Shown: positions 11,340 through 23,967 of the stretch, piece after piece
How positions within the stretch are numbered: position 1 is the first letter of the stretch
How the letters are laid out: each line of letters opens with the position of its first letter
From: Mytilus trossulus
Lineage: Eukaryota
Direction: 5' to 3'
DNA: 64,000 bases
Assembly: GCF_036588685.1 (NCBI RefSeq)
Contig: NC_086381.1
Coordinates: 59,892,001-59,956,000 of the forward strand
Program-made: the position numbers and the translations under genes
Notes under the pieces: model-generated
Database searches by the model: none
Told to the model about the DNA's origin: nothing
Seen by the model: the letters and a program-made list of their open reading frames with translations, nothing else

Positions 11340-12880
11340 AAATTTCTTCCGACAAAGCATTATCTTCAAACAGTAATGGCTCAATTTTCAAATGTTTTGA
11401 ATTCCCTTTAGAAGTTTTTTTTATAGTCTTCACATGTACGATTGCCAACGAAAGCACTCATTGAAATAGTTGAAAGATATATAGACATGTTTTAAGAAGC
11501 AACGGTATCAACAGTGAAAGCAGTATTGATAACTATCCAACGCTATAAAAATTATTCTACACAAAAATAGAGGTCATATTTTAAAGAGCATTGACACGTT
11601 GACATTCTATCTTCATAACTTTAATGAGAGGGCACTGACATATGGATTTTTGCATCCAAGCATTCGGATGCGCGCATTATTAAAAAAAAAAGAATCATGG
11701 ATTATCACTTTTGGATATAATATCCAAAACACTGAAAACCAGAGACTTAACAGCAGTTTGGATTTAATTTCATAGGTTTTATCCCACTTTCATCGGAATT
11801 TCATTAACCGTTGAATTTGGAAAAATCTGTCAATTTTACATATGTTTGTTGAAAACATTATCTATTCGAGCTTGCAGTATACAGTAAAAAAAACTTATCA
11901 ATTAATATTTTCTTTGATAACGCTTTTGTTATCTAAAATTCCCTTAAGCTTCTAAATGTTTGCAAATGATTAAAGAGTTCAATCTTCTTTTGAAAACTTA
12001 CAATCGTATAAAGTTCGCACAGGGGGGAACGAACAAATTTAACTTCAAAGACGCCTTCAATTTGTTTTCCCACAGTCTGTTGAATTTGTCTGCAAGTCAC
12101 AAATACACCAACAAGGACAAATCTGAAGGAAATCCATTGGAGACATATCCAAACTCGTTGATTATTTTAGTCAATAAAACAAATAGAGTGCATTGTTTTC
12201 ACGAAAATTATATAAATCACTGTTTAAAATGTTGCAAATTATTTTGAGTTAAGGAATGTATCTCTCCATGCAAAGATCGAAGTCCTTGCCCGGCTTTTGG
12301 CTATACTTATTATGAATTAATTGGATTATAGCTTCTTGTGTTTTTAATTTTTGATTTTCAAATATTTTAGCATATTTAAGACATTTGTTGTCGAAATGCG
12401 CACCTGGTGCAGCACAATTGGTACCGATAATGTTATAACACCTTAACAGTGTCATAAAATATTCAAAATGTTGATGACAAACGTAATACATTTTTCAGAT
12501 AAAACTAGAGGCTTTAAAATGTTAAATGAAAATTCAATTTAAATAAGCATGATTATGACAGCTTAATAAAAAAAATCAATTTTAAACTATAATCCTCTGA
12601 TTGGTTTTTTTTCAAACAGAACACATGTGAAACTATTCCAAACTTTTCAGGTATCAAAATGCTGCAACTGCACCCTTATAATTTGTTCTTAAAACTGGTC
12701 TGATGTAGGTGCATGAGAGAACTTGTTCGTCACTCAGTGTTGAGTAATGTAATGTGTAGTAAACTGACGTTAAGCCATATTTGCTAAATGATGTTGGAAA
12801 ATTACCTGACCAATAACTTGTTCTTCTGTACCGATTTCATTGATGTATTTACATCAGCTTCTTTTTTTCGTGTGAAATCG
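11340..12880 (-). pseudogene. Decayed tandem gene copy D
   Basis: Anchors at 11363, 11516, 11719, 11751, 12017, 12449 and 12491. Peptides LI*IEFSFNILKPLVLSEK (LRR-like), VKSLVFSVLDIISKSDNP*F and LSILLSLLIPLLLKTCLYIF (TM-like). Confidence 0.5.
12248..12437 (+). mobile_element. Retrozyme-like repeat family 2 (eroded hammerhead), inserted in copy D
   Basis: Colinear with 43643-43810; retains gaca(tttgt)tgtc-GAAA-tgcgca-CC-tggtgc. Confidence 0.6.
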
Positions 12881-15034
12881 CTGGACAGCAAATGTAAAAG
12901 TTGTTAATCACGCTAAAGGTCAATCATGAACACTCTACCATCCAAAGAAGCCAACGTTCAACTTAACCTGTTGTCGCCTTCTGCAAGGCAGATGAAACCA
13001 GGAAATTTATTTAAATGAAATACTTACATTTCAAATATATTTCATTAGGCTATTCGTTTTAATTGGCTAACAACAATCGCGAGATACTACAAGATCACAT
13101 GTTATTTCTGGCTTAAATATAACATCTATTACTGCACGTGTTATATGTTACAATAATAACAATAATATGTTGACCAATACACTTGAAGCTTGGTGTGCGT
13201 GTAACTTTTAATTTCATGGTTGTAGTATAAAAATATAATTATAAAAATTGAATGCTTCTTTTTAAACTTATACATGGTGGTAAAGTTACAGTGGTATATC
13301 GCTGTGCAAAAATCATAAATCGATTAAGACAAAAACAAATCTGAGTTTCAAACTAAAACTGAGGGAAGCACATCAAATATAACAGGAGAACTACGACACA
13401 ACACAAACAAAAAAGCATTCAACTTTAAGCGTTTCCGCTTCATACGAATGTTAAACGTTTTAATACCAAAATAAATCTATCATGATTGGCATATCAATGA
13501 GTGCCTGAATCGGATTGGACCGTTATGATATTTTCCATCGGTTTTCATTTCGGTATACCATATGATCTTATCATGCTCAATACACATGTATAGGATCAAT
13601 GGTTTCAAGGTAATCAAGATCCCAAACCATGTCCATAACTGTTATTTCTATTCTAAAACATAAACAAAAAACAAATGCATTAAAGATTGGTAAATGTTTA
13701 AATTTGTAATACATTAAAATTCTTCAAATTTAACTTTAAAAATTTATGAAGCAAAATCTGTCTTTAAATTTAGAAAGCTTTTTTCTGTAAGAAGAAACGG
13801 TAAAAGAATTCTGTCCCATTATCGCTGTAATTTATTAATAAGTTGTTTGCTATATCCATCAATGTTATCAAAATGTTAAAAGTCGCCTTTTCTAGTTTTT
13901 CAATATTTATTCAACACCAAGAACAACATGTAAGGGGTGTTTGCGACTCTTGTTTTTTTTCCCACATAGTCCCATTAACAAAAATGGCCGTTTACCTCTT
14001 TTTTACTTTTCCAAATTTAATTTCATATAGTTTAAAAAGCTATATTCAAAAATCTTTTAGATTCTTGTTTTTTTCGATGTTTTTGAAAGGAAAAGGGTTC
14101 TAATGTAGGATAAATTTAGAGAGACGTATTTCTCGCTAAATTCTTAATGGCTTATATTTCATTAACAAGCACACAAACCCTTCATGTTTTCGACTTTATT
14201 AATTACTTTATTTACATACTAGCAAGTTACAAATTTACATACTAGCAAGTTATAAAAGTCTTTTAAAAACTTGTTATTTTGAAATGGAGTATGAGTATGA
14301 GTGCCAATGAAGCAACTTTCCATCCTAAAACAGAAAAAAAACGGTTTAATTCATATAAAAAAAGAGAAACGAGAAACACTAATGAACCACACCAACAAAC
14401 GAAAACTACAGAACAAAGTACTCCTGACTAGGGACTCGTGCATGCAAGGTAGCGGGGTTATACCTTTTAACAGGCGCCAAAACATGTTAAACGTCTTCTC
14501 CTTGTAATAAGTCATCAACGATAACTCCACAAAAGGCTAACACCGGCGAACGTCATTTTTTAGGAGTTCTCAACAAAAAACTGTTTCACAATGTGCAAGT
14601 AGTTAACACATAACCCTCGGTAATAATCCTTTTTCTGGACTCAAGAGTTTTTGTTTATGGATTTTTTTGAAAGCCCTTGTCTTATATTATATTTTTCAAA
14701 TAAAATAGTAAAAATTGCAAAATACTTAGTACAAATTGAAATGAAGGGAATTAACTCCATCAGGGAGAAGTCTGACAATTTGGTCCTACTTTTCTATATA
14801 TATATTCTTTGTGGCAATTCACATAAGATCGTAAGACATTATCTTAGGAATGAGTGTAACCAATTTTGAATCAAATCGTTGCAATAGTTACAGACGATCA
14901 ACGTAATAAAAGTAAATGTAAAAAGTACGACGATGACAGGCGGCAGATAACGCAAACCAATTCAAGCCTTGAAAATAAATCACAAGACTCATTGTCCCAG
15001 GTAAACTTAAAATTAGATGATGCGTGTATTTGAA

Positions 15035-15620
15035 TGGAAATGCAAATCCGATAAAACATGATTATAACAGATTTATAAAGTCACATTATCGGTGAAAAAA
15101 GGCCAACTAGTATCTGTTAATGGGTTTTGCTAAATAGTTATCAAAGGTACGAGGATTATAATTTAACACGCCAGACGCACGTTTCACCTACATAAGACTC
15201 ATCAATGACGCTCAGATAAAAACAGTTATAAAGCCAAACAAGTACAAAGTTGAAGAGTACTAACTGGTTAATCGAAAAATTATTACAATTTTTTTCAGTT
15301 GCTAGAATGCTAAGACCTTTACAGTTTTAATGTGTCAATACACATTGGTTTAATAACGGTAGTTTATTTTTTGCCACATGACGTTTAGAAACAACAACGA
15401 ATGCTGATAAATCGGTCACAGCATATATAAGAAACGCCAATTTATGTTTATTACTCGGTCACAGTATATGTCAAATACACCAAAGAGGGTAAGAAGTGCA
15501 ATAACTAACGTTTTTCGAAACATTTTGACTGAATGGTGGTGAAAAGAAACTGAAATGTTTTCCTACGGTTGGTATATGTCATTGACGTATTTACATTAAT
15601 TTCTCTAATCTGTGTATTAA
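15035..15620 (-). pseudogene. Fragment E of the tandem unit (upstream part only)
   Basis: catgattataacag (15057) matches 12548; ctgataaatcgg (15404) matches 9541; taacgtttttc.aaaca.tttgactg (15506) matches 9771; cattga.gtatttacat (15580) matches 12838. Confidence 0.4.
15135..15258 (-). mobile_element. Retrozyme-like repeat family 1, 5'-truncated, with hammerhead motif
   Basis: Reverse complement of 15168-15213 reads gagcgtca-TTGATGA-gtc(ttatgta)ggt-GAAA-cgtgcg-TC-tggcgt. Confidence 0.75.
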
Positions 15621-15884
15621 TTTCTACGAAAATTTGATGTTGCTGCACGGCAGATGTGTAAAAAAAGCTTAAATGTCACAAATTTAAAAACTGGAGATCA
15701 AATTGAAACATAAAAACTAAAGATTTACGTAATATTCCTGAAATTAGAGACATTCGGACGGAAGGACGGTTGGTGCGTGACTAGTTTTGATATGCTGAAC
15801 AGTTTAAATATGGAGAGCTTCACACCAAATATGCTTTGGTCCAAAAAGAATTGTAGATGTATTGTAGACTATATTTTAAGGTGA

Positions 15885-15990
15885 TACAGTTCTTCATCTT
15901 TGGTTGAACTTACAAAGGAACATAGAATAAACCTATGATTATCCAGAATTTCGTTAGGGTATATGTAGAGTTTCCAAGTGAAGTGTCTAT
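15885..15990 (-). mobile_element. Penelope-like retroelement ORF fragment
   Basis: Near-duplicate of 18228-18350, which translates as DTSLGNSTY..EILDNHRFILCSFG. Confidence 0.6.
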
Positions 15991-16282
15991 ACCTAATATA
16001 TAAGTATTTATTATCATTATGTTTATAATTAGTATTTAGTGCTTAACTACCTATATGTCTAATTATTCTTATACCTTATAATAGTTATGTCATATGTTAA
16101 TTGCATTATGTGATACATTTAATAAAACAGTAGTTACGTATTAATATGTATTGTTTATTTAACAAAAGATAATACTGGTACCATACTGGTATGCACCATT
16201 GGTACAACATTTTAATACCTGTATTGAGTGCAATACAAGTATACCAGTATTGCGATCACCAACTACAGGATATCGGATCTTT

Positions 16283-16582
16283 TGTAAAACAAATTTATAT
16301 TGTCGTTTTCTTTCAACAGGGTGAATTGTGTCCTTTCTGTATTGTCTCCCTTTGTATGTTCTTCTAGATTTCTTTATATTTTATGCTGTACACAATTAAG
16401 GAATGACTAGGGTTTTTTTTAAATAAAAGAGTGTGTGGATATGAAAATGTGAAGAACAAGGGAAAGATCATGTTATTCCATTGCACTTGTTTTTGTTATT
16501 ATCCATTTAGATCTTTATTGTTTTCTGGCTGACAAAAGATGAATATAATTTCCTTCGAATACACATAGAATATGATAAAACA
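16283..16582. repeat. Dispersed ~300-bp duplication, copy 1 (copy 2 at 25862-26175)
   Basis: Shared tttcaacagggtgaatt, attgtctcccttt, cttgtttttgttat, catttagatct, ggctgacaaaagat and acacatagaatatga. Confidence 0.8.
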
Positions 16583-16584
16583 AT

Positions 16585-18375
16585 CTTTCTTCTGAAAAAG
16601 TTCTTGTATGAAGGCAGCCTCATAATAATAAAGAAATAAGTCGGCAAGTAGAGAGGACCAATTGGTTCCCTTTGGAATGTCGACAGTCTGTTGATAAACA
16701 CGTCTTCCAAACATAAAAAACAAGATAATGTCAGTTTCAGAGAATTTTTTGTTTGAATCAGAGTGATTCTTAACAAGTATGATTTATCCAGCCCTAAGAC
16801 AAGATACTTATACCTACGTTTGCCATTCTTTATTTTTATGAAACAAGGCAATACTAACTCTTTCAATTTGTCTTTCAGTTTAGAATGGGGAATATTTGTG
16901 TCAAGTGTAAAAAACAATGTTTAATACTATTACAAAATGAAAGAGTCTTTGATTGTATGTACTCTAATAGATCTTTTGATTTTTTTAGTCTCCGCATCTG
17001 AGTAACGCCACCTCTAGAATATGCAGTTTCACAATAACTTTGAAGTCCGGCTTTAAAAGCTGAAAAATTAGAAGTAAACAATTTAAAAAGAGGTTTTCAT
17101 GGATCATTTCGAAGTACCAGCAATACACTGTTGTTTGTAAGGACACTTATGAAGCTTAGATGAAAATAAAACTTTACATTAAAAGAGATGATTCCAGCTT
17201 CGCTATTTTGAACTTTTAATTTCAATGTAGTAACATTCCAGCAGCGCCGGCATACGGAGTATATATCTCCCGATAGATACGATAATTCCAGGCTTGTATT
17301 TCCTATCATTATTTCCTTGACAGATGGTTGCTGCTCACAAAGAAGCTATTAAAACAAGATTTTCAAATGGTTAAGTTGAAATCATCATTTTGTAAATTTT
17401 ACGGACACCATCGCGAGTTGGTTGACCGTTATGAAAAACCGTTTTACAGATTATATCGGATATGTTCCTCATGTCATAACTATATTAACGTCCATTTTAA
17501 CCTTAAATGCGACCTACCAAATTAGACTAATTACCGTTTTTTAATACTATGAGCAAGCAATACGATGGGTGCCACATAAGGAGCAAGATCTGTCTACCCT
17601 TTTGGAAAACCCGCGATTGCCCCCTATTCTTTTTTTTTGGGGGGGGGGGTATGTGGCTTAGTTGTAATAACACCATATCTAGGTACGTCATATCAGGTTG
17701 TATACAAAAATAGGTCGTAAAAATATTCTCTTGAATTTGACAGTTGTCGGTAATTAATCCTACATTTTATTGCAGCACCTCTATATTTTTATTTGGGGTT
17801 TCTATGGAATATTTTGTAAACTTGAGGTTACATGGTTGCTAAATCTTGTACAGGTTAAATAAAGGGCGAAATTTGATTGGTTAACTTCCAGTGATGGTTA
17901 TTTTCTAATATGCAATGACATGTTATTTGAATTTTTCTCTATAGTACTGGATATGATACAACTTTACTCATGCTAAGTATTTCTTTATTTGAAACCAAGA
18001 TAAATTCTGCACATTTTTTTTTAAATGAGCAGATTTAACAAAGAATCATAGGGGAAAATCAATGGTGGTATCACATCTTTAGTGTTCTATGTTTTGTCTA
18101 GTGTACTATTATTTGTCTATCGTTTAATTTTTTAGCCAGGGCGTTGTCTGTTTATTTTCTATCTATGAGTTTGACTGACACTCTGTTATTTTATGCCTCT
18201 CTTTTATGTACCCAATACAGTGATGGAAGATCCAGTTCTTCATATTGGGTTGAAATCCCAAAGGAACATAGAATAAACCTATGATTATCCAGGATTTCCG
18301 CTTTGATAAGTGTCGTGAACGTATATGTTGAGTTTCCAAGTGAAGTGTCATTCATTTATTAAGCAGTATTAACGA
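16585..18375 (-). mobile_element. Penelope-like retroelement RT relic (segments 18375-18205 and 17161-16585), split by a same-family insertion
   Basis: Frameshifted translation SFGISTQYEELDLPSLYWVHK / KLHKCPYKQ..SYCETAYSRGGV..TNIPHSKLK..YQQTVDIPKGTNWSSLLADLFLYYYE. These are PLE-type RT motifs (Q..G.PMG....LA.LF). Homologous to 44626-45140. Confidence 0.8.
17163..18202 (+). mobile_element. 5'-truncated Penelope-like element (RT C-terminus plus 3' tail), itself split by an insertion at ~17660-18075
   Basis: Encodes ..SNIPAAPAYGVYIS..LLTKKLLKQDFQMVKLKSSFCKFYGHHRELVDRY. The tail resumes at ~18080 and matches 45835-45957. Confidence 0.8.
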
Positions 18376-20560
18376 CCTCACAACCTTTATATATATTAAA
18401 ATATATATCTATGTGAAGACTACAAATCATTGTCACGCAAAACCTGAATACCCGGGAGGACTGCATGGGAGTAAGATAAACGTCTTTATCAGAAACGTCA
18501 CATTAAAAGACCGATTGGTTGCTGTAATGATTGTCTAGCATCGACGAAAGGTGTTCATCTCTGCATAATCGGCTTTGACGAGTATTTATATTTTTCAGTT
18601 CTCGTGTCAATTTAGGAAGTAAAAGAATAAATAAATTTCCTTTTTTATTAAATATATTTCTCCGTAACCAAGTTGTTTATCATCAAGTGTTGAATGATTC
18701 ATTAAGAGTCATTCTCCATAAATATCAAAGTATTTGGAAAAATCAAGAAACGCAAAGTCACAGATTTTAATGAAATTTTGTATCAAGACTTCTTTAAGAT
18801 GTCTTATTGTGGAAAAAATAAAAAAAGGTGAAAAAAAAATCTGGTTGCCATGGAAACTGATTACCCTCATTTTGAGCCATTTTTCATTGGAAAATCATGA
18901 TTTTTTTCAGATTTTCAGCACTTCATACTGCAGTATACACAGAACTTACAATAATGAAGCTTTGACTGTTCAAATCTATCACACTTTAACTTTATATAAC
19001 TAAAGTATTAAAGATTAAAACTATAATTTCTAGACATGCAGTGGCATGCATATAAAGTAGTCATTTTGCACTTTTGTCATGAAGCTAAAAAAGTGATTTT
19101 TCAGCCTTTTTTAAGAGTGTAACAGAAAAAAACTGGACAACAGACCTTTTTGAAACTATTTGACAATGAAGCTTCATTAGTTATCATCACAATATTAAAA
19201 AATTAGAGAGGTGATATTTTTGGTATTTTTTTTTTTTTATTTGAAAATTGCTCTAAATCCTGATATTTCACAAAATCTACATACATGCAGTGATACATAA
19301 CCAGTATATAACCAAACTGCATAAGAGAAATTGAGACAAACTTTCCAAAAGAAATCTTATGAACAGGCTTTTGATAGAAATAGACAACACTTTTTCAGTT
19401 TTTATCATTTTATGTGGTTGTCATGGCAACATAATTATGTCTATAAATAGCCTATTATTAGCATGAAAACAATCGAGTTCATATTCCGCTTTACATAAGA
19501 TTATTTAAAACAACATGACAGTGTGAAATAATTTTAAACATGCATGAACTAAGATAATACATGTAAACAAAAAAAAACAATAACAACCAACCCCTCAACC
19601 CCACCCACCCTCCTCCTTTTCCTGATTTTTTGAAACTCGAATAGCATGAATAGGTCAAGAATTTTGTATACAATATCAGCCCTGTATTGATAATATGGAA
19701 CTTTCAGACCTGGATACCCTGTTCTTTTACAGCATCAGACTAATGTATGTGACCTTCTGACCAAGGACCAATTACCAATGTTGCATTATATAACTCAGTT
19801 GTTATCAGAAATTCTGTATTTTAAAATTTTAAGAAATTTCCCTGTTCAGTTTCAAAATAAATAGTTTTCTATAACACTAGTCTGAATTAAAAGGGATTAA
19901 TTGATTAATCAAAAAAAATATAGGGGTCAATGTGCTTGTTTTCAAAGTTTTAGCCATTGCAATTTTGATTGGGAAAAGTTCTCTCTTGATTTTTCCTAGC
20001 TTTGTCCCATACCAGTTTAAGCTCTCAATAACTATTAAAAAATAAATAAGACTTTTATAAGACTTTTATAAATGGCTTATAATTGTATATGTAAAAGATT
20101 TATGAAAAGAAAAATTGGGGTCCATGGGCAAATTTTTCAAGGCTTTTAAATGGATAAAACTAGAGAATTTCTAAAAAAAAATCTAACAAAAATACTAAAA
20201 TATAACAAGGAAATATCCTCAACCCCTTTAGGTTTATTGATTAATAATGGAATGAAAATTATAGAGTTTGTTTTTTTCAGTTGCCATTTCTGAATTTTGA
20301 TTCAGCATCAAATTGATAATAACTATTATACATTGATCAAGACCTTCAGATATGAACATATACACTAAGTTTGGTTTCAATTCTTACAGAGGTTCTTTAC
20401 AGGATAAAAATACTAAGCTCTCTTTAATTCTGTTTAGAGGCTCTCAAAGAGGAGTTAAAAATATGAAATGTAAACAGACAGACAATAATCGGGCAGACAA
20501 GTAATACTAAGTGATAACTAGTATGAACTTATATAACAATGTATAACACAATAAATACAG

Positions 20561-21207
20561 TTAATTGTTTGAATTGATTTGCTGAGTTAAATTGCTGATT
20601 GTTTCCTCCCTGGCTGCATCAGAACCGGATTCATCAAGCTTCAACTTCCTACATAACCGGGAAAAATAACTGGTAATTTGTTGGACAGAGAGTATTTCAC
20701 TATAATCGAAACGCCTAGAACCATCTTCATTTTTTTCAAGCAACATTGCCTCAGACACACTGTATGGGTCTTCTTTTTTACCACTTGTTTGTCCTTTATT
20801 GAATTTTTCATAAAGATAATCTGTTTGATTTTTGTTGAACCTCTTATTTTTTCGGTCATCTTTCAACGCCCAACCCATGTCCAATTCAGAATCGGATGTT
20901 GATAGTTTAGTTGCAGATGGCATGATCATTAGTTGTTTATTAACGCTTGATTCAGCGACCTTTTCAAGGTATTTGACTTTGGATATATCAGAGCTGCAAC
21001 TAGATTTTTGATCAAATACGAGTGTACATTTTTCTGAATATAAATGATTCGTTAGTTCTTCATTGTTTGCAAATGTTTTTGTGCATCCCTCAGTTGAGCA
21101 AACCACCACATCTTCTGAATCTGTTTCAGGTTCATTTATCTTTTGTTTCAGTTGATGGAAAAGTATATGACCTGAATCTTCTATCACTTGGAGTTGTATT
21201 GACTCTA
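20561..21207 (-). CDS. Transposase C-terminal exon: zinc finger plus GWALK / homeodomain-like region
   Basis: Open frame with CSTEGCTKTF..LTNHLYSEKC and MGWALK..RFNKNQTDYLYEKFNKG..GKKEDP..QQITSYFSRL; candidate acceptor ..tctacag at 21209-21208. Confidence 0.7.
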
Positions 21208-22329
21208 CTGTAGATATGTTTGAAATAAGACATCCTATTAAGATAATTTGATCATTTTCAAATGTGCATTTTGGCTCCATGTTGTGTGGAAATCCTTGCT
21301 AGTGAAAAAGTGTATTTTTGTCAATATAAGCTTAATTTTGGATGAATTGAACACTTTTACACACCTGCAGTACAGTAAGTTGAAAGTTATAGTTAATGCT
21401 TGTGTATATTCTCAATTCTGACATAACTTTAAAGGGGGAAACAGAAATCATACAGAAAGCCCAAAAAAGGGGGATTGTAGTTTATTTAAATAGAATATCT
21501 GATGTTGACAGGATTGTAATAGAATGTTAGCATATATATATACTTACAGCTCAAGATGTTATTTGAAAAAAAATAGATATGAATATTATTTTAATCTATT
21601 ATTTTGTAAAAAAAAACAATCTTATCATATTCAAGAGTTGAAAAAAGGGGGAGGTAAACCAGTAGACTGTGAATAGCTGATTGGTTAAAATTATCCAAAC
21701 AATCCATTTAATGAAATTAATTTATAATATATAATTTTACTTTAGTTTGTTTCAGAAAAAGAAACATAATATGTATTACATGTATCAAGAATTTATTTGT
21801 TTAAAATTCCAAAAGAGAAAGGATATAACTGTTGTCTTTTTATCCACATTTAATAGAATAAAAACAGTACATTTGGCATGTTTGGTAATAAAATAATGAT
21901 AAATGAAATAACTTCTAATTTGAAAATCACTTAGTCAAGGTAGAAATTAGCCTCTTAGCAGTAATATCTCTTCAATAAGTTGCTTTTTTAAATGTCTTGA
22001 TAATCAAAGTGCTTTTTTAATTGTTCCTATATCATTACGGCCACTATAGTCTAACATAATTAATAAGGGATCTAAGACCAGCTAAAGTAAGTGCTTCTCA
22101 CATTTTTGTTTACATTCCCTTAAAATTAAGTCTGTTATTATATTGAATAGTCAGATAGTTACTGCTCTAATTACAAATATAAGTTTAAGTACAACTTTTT
22201 GAAATTTCACAAAGACTAACAGTAAAATATTAGAATTTTAATAATTTTGCTTTTGTATCTTGTACACTGTATATTGATTACCGGTATTCATGTGTCACCT
22301 TTTTGTATTGCAACTTTTGGCAGATCTGA

Positions 22330-22574
22330 TAGCATTCAACAGCAGTTATTAGCAGTTTATAAAACCATATAAGGATGTATAACTTAGCAGTTGCCATGAA
22401 TATTCATTATTGACAGCTGTTATTATAGCAGTTCTCATGAATATTCATTATTTGATAGCTGTTATTATAGCAGTTCTCATGAATATTCAGATCTCATTTA
22501 AATTTTTCGTTAAAAATAACTGCCAAAGAACTGTAAAGGCTAAATAAACTGCTAAGAAACAGCTACGGAATGCT
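22330..22574. mobile_element. Small MITE-like inverted-repeat element inside the Sola3 derivative
   Basis: tagcattcaacagcagttattagcagttta / taaactgctaagaaacagctacggaatgcta; internal ~38-bp tandem repeats (22385-22488); related direct repeats at 22617-22700. Confidence 0.6.
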
Positions 22575-23243
22575 ATTGGAATGCCTTTATGCAAATTAAT
22601 CATTGCCTTATATTTGGTAACTGTGAATGCTAATAAACTGCCAAATAACTGCTATCAAGTGGGAACTGTGAATGCTAATAAACTGCTAAATAACTGCAGT
22701 TCACTTTGACTTGGGCTTGTCCCCTTACACTTTTTTAATTATAATTGAAAGGTATAATTGTCTTTCTTGTGTTACATTAGAAATAGTGATAGGGGGGTGA
22801 TAGTCTTGTCATAGTGTACATTATTTATTATAGTTTTACTATAGATGCCTGATGACCCTTGATATTCTAGGAGGTAAGGGAGAGAGGGTTCATGGGGATT
22901 TGGGAAATAAATGGTCCAATTTTATTAAAAGCAAAACTAATTTCTGCCTAAAGATTATTTGAAACTAACTTACACAATATAGAAAATAATTTATTGTGAT
23001 ACTTTGACCTCAGGATGAACTTTTAAATCTACAGGCCCAGGACTCAATTGTGGGACAAATTTAGTTAGATTCTGTTGGCCTGTAGAAATTATTTTTACAG
23101 GCCCAAAAGCAGTTTTACTTGCCTGGGATGCTGGGCCTTTGTGAAAACTGCATGGATTATGACTTAAACTAAAGAAGAATAAGAATATCTGTTTTCTTAA
23201 ACTAGAACCTGTCCCCGTTGAGTCTATCCAAACGTTATTATCG

Positions 23244-23330
23244 TCAAATCGGCACCTGCATGGTTAAATCGGCACCTAGTCAAATCGGCACCTGATTAAA
23301 ACGACACTTAATTTAGTCATTTCGGCACCT
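23244..23330. repeat. Four copies of (aa)tcggcacct, resembling a DNA-transposon subterminal repeat
   Basis: aaatcggcacct at ~23246, 23266 and 23282; ttcggcacct at 23321. Confidence 0.6.
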
Positions 23331-23585
23331 ACGTAAAATATATGTGGAATATGGCTATGTTTTTCACTAAAACAAATGTGTTATCTGATAAATATTGACT
23401 TTTTAATATCTTTGTGGATTTAAGTATGTTTTTTGTTGCTGTTCAACTTAAAATGTTTTCAAAGTATTGGATATTTGTAAGATACAAAGGCATACCACCC
23501 TCCCTTGCTCTAAAAATTGATTTGTACAATTCAAATTGTACATTATCCCACACACCTACCCATATACAAAAGTACATTGACTTAC

Positions 23586-23967
23586 GTGTTCCTACTGGCA
23601 GAACAACACCAGTTTTTCGGAATAAAGTTGTTACATCTTCAAACTGAAGACATTTGCTTCTTTTTCTCTTCTTCTCATTGTGCCTAACAACTTCTGACGA
23701 ATGGGTGTGGTCTATTTCTGGATGTGCACTGATGTGAGATGGTACCAGGCAAAGAAGTCTATTTCTTTTCTTTTCATTAAGTTTAAGTAAGTAATTAAAA
23801 TGTGAAGAACAAATAGAATAGGTATTAGCCAAAATATTCTTTGGTAAGATACCAGCTTCAGTAAGCACAATAATAATGTCATCATATGAACATGTCTTTA
23901 AATGGAAAAAGTCTTCAGAACATCTGATAAATTCTTTGGATAACGATCCAAACTGGCAGAAAGTCAT
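23586..23967 (-). CDS. Transposase N-terminal exon (Cys/His-rich, basic NLS-like patch)
   Basis: MTFC..ICSSHF..LCLVPSHISAH..KKRKRSK..GVVLPVGT, followed by a canonical donor GTAAGT at 23585. Confidence 0.6.

Noticed and set aside
16585-17650. Twin-priming 5' inversion of a single retroelement
   Set aside because: The minus-strand ORF continues on the far side (18205-18375), so a nested antiparallel insertion explains it better.
18163-18351. GPCR-like TM fragment (KSWIIIGLFYVPL)
   Set aside because: It is an alternative frame of the Penelope-like ORF (EILDNHRFILCSFG).
23443-23585. C-terminal 47 aa of the 174-aa ORF
   Set aside because: Follows a consensus GTAAGT donor and is probably intron read-through.
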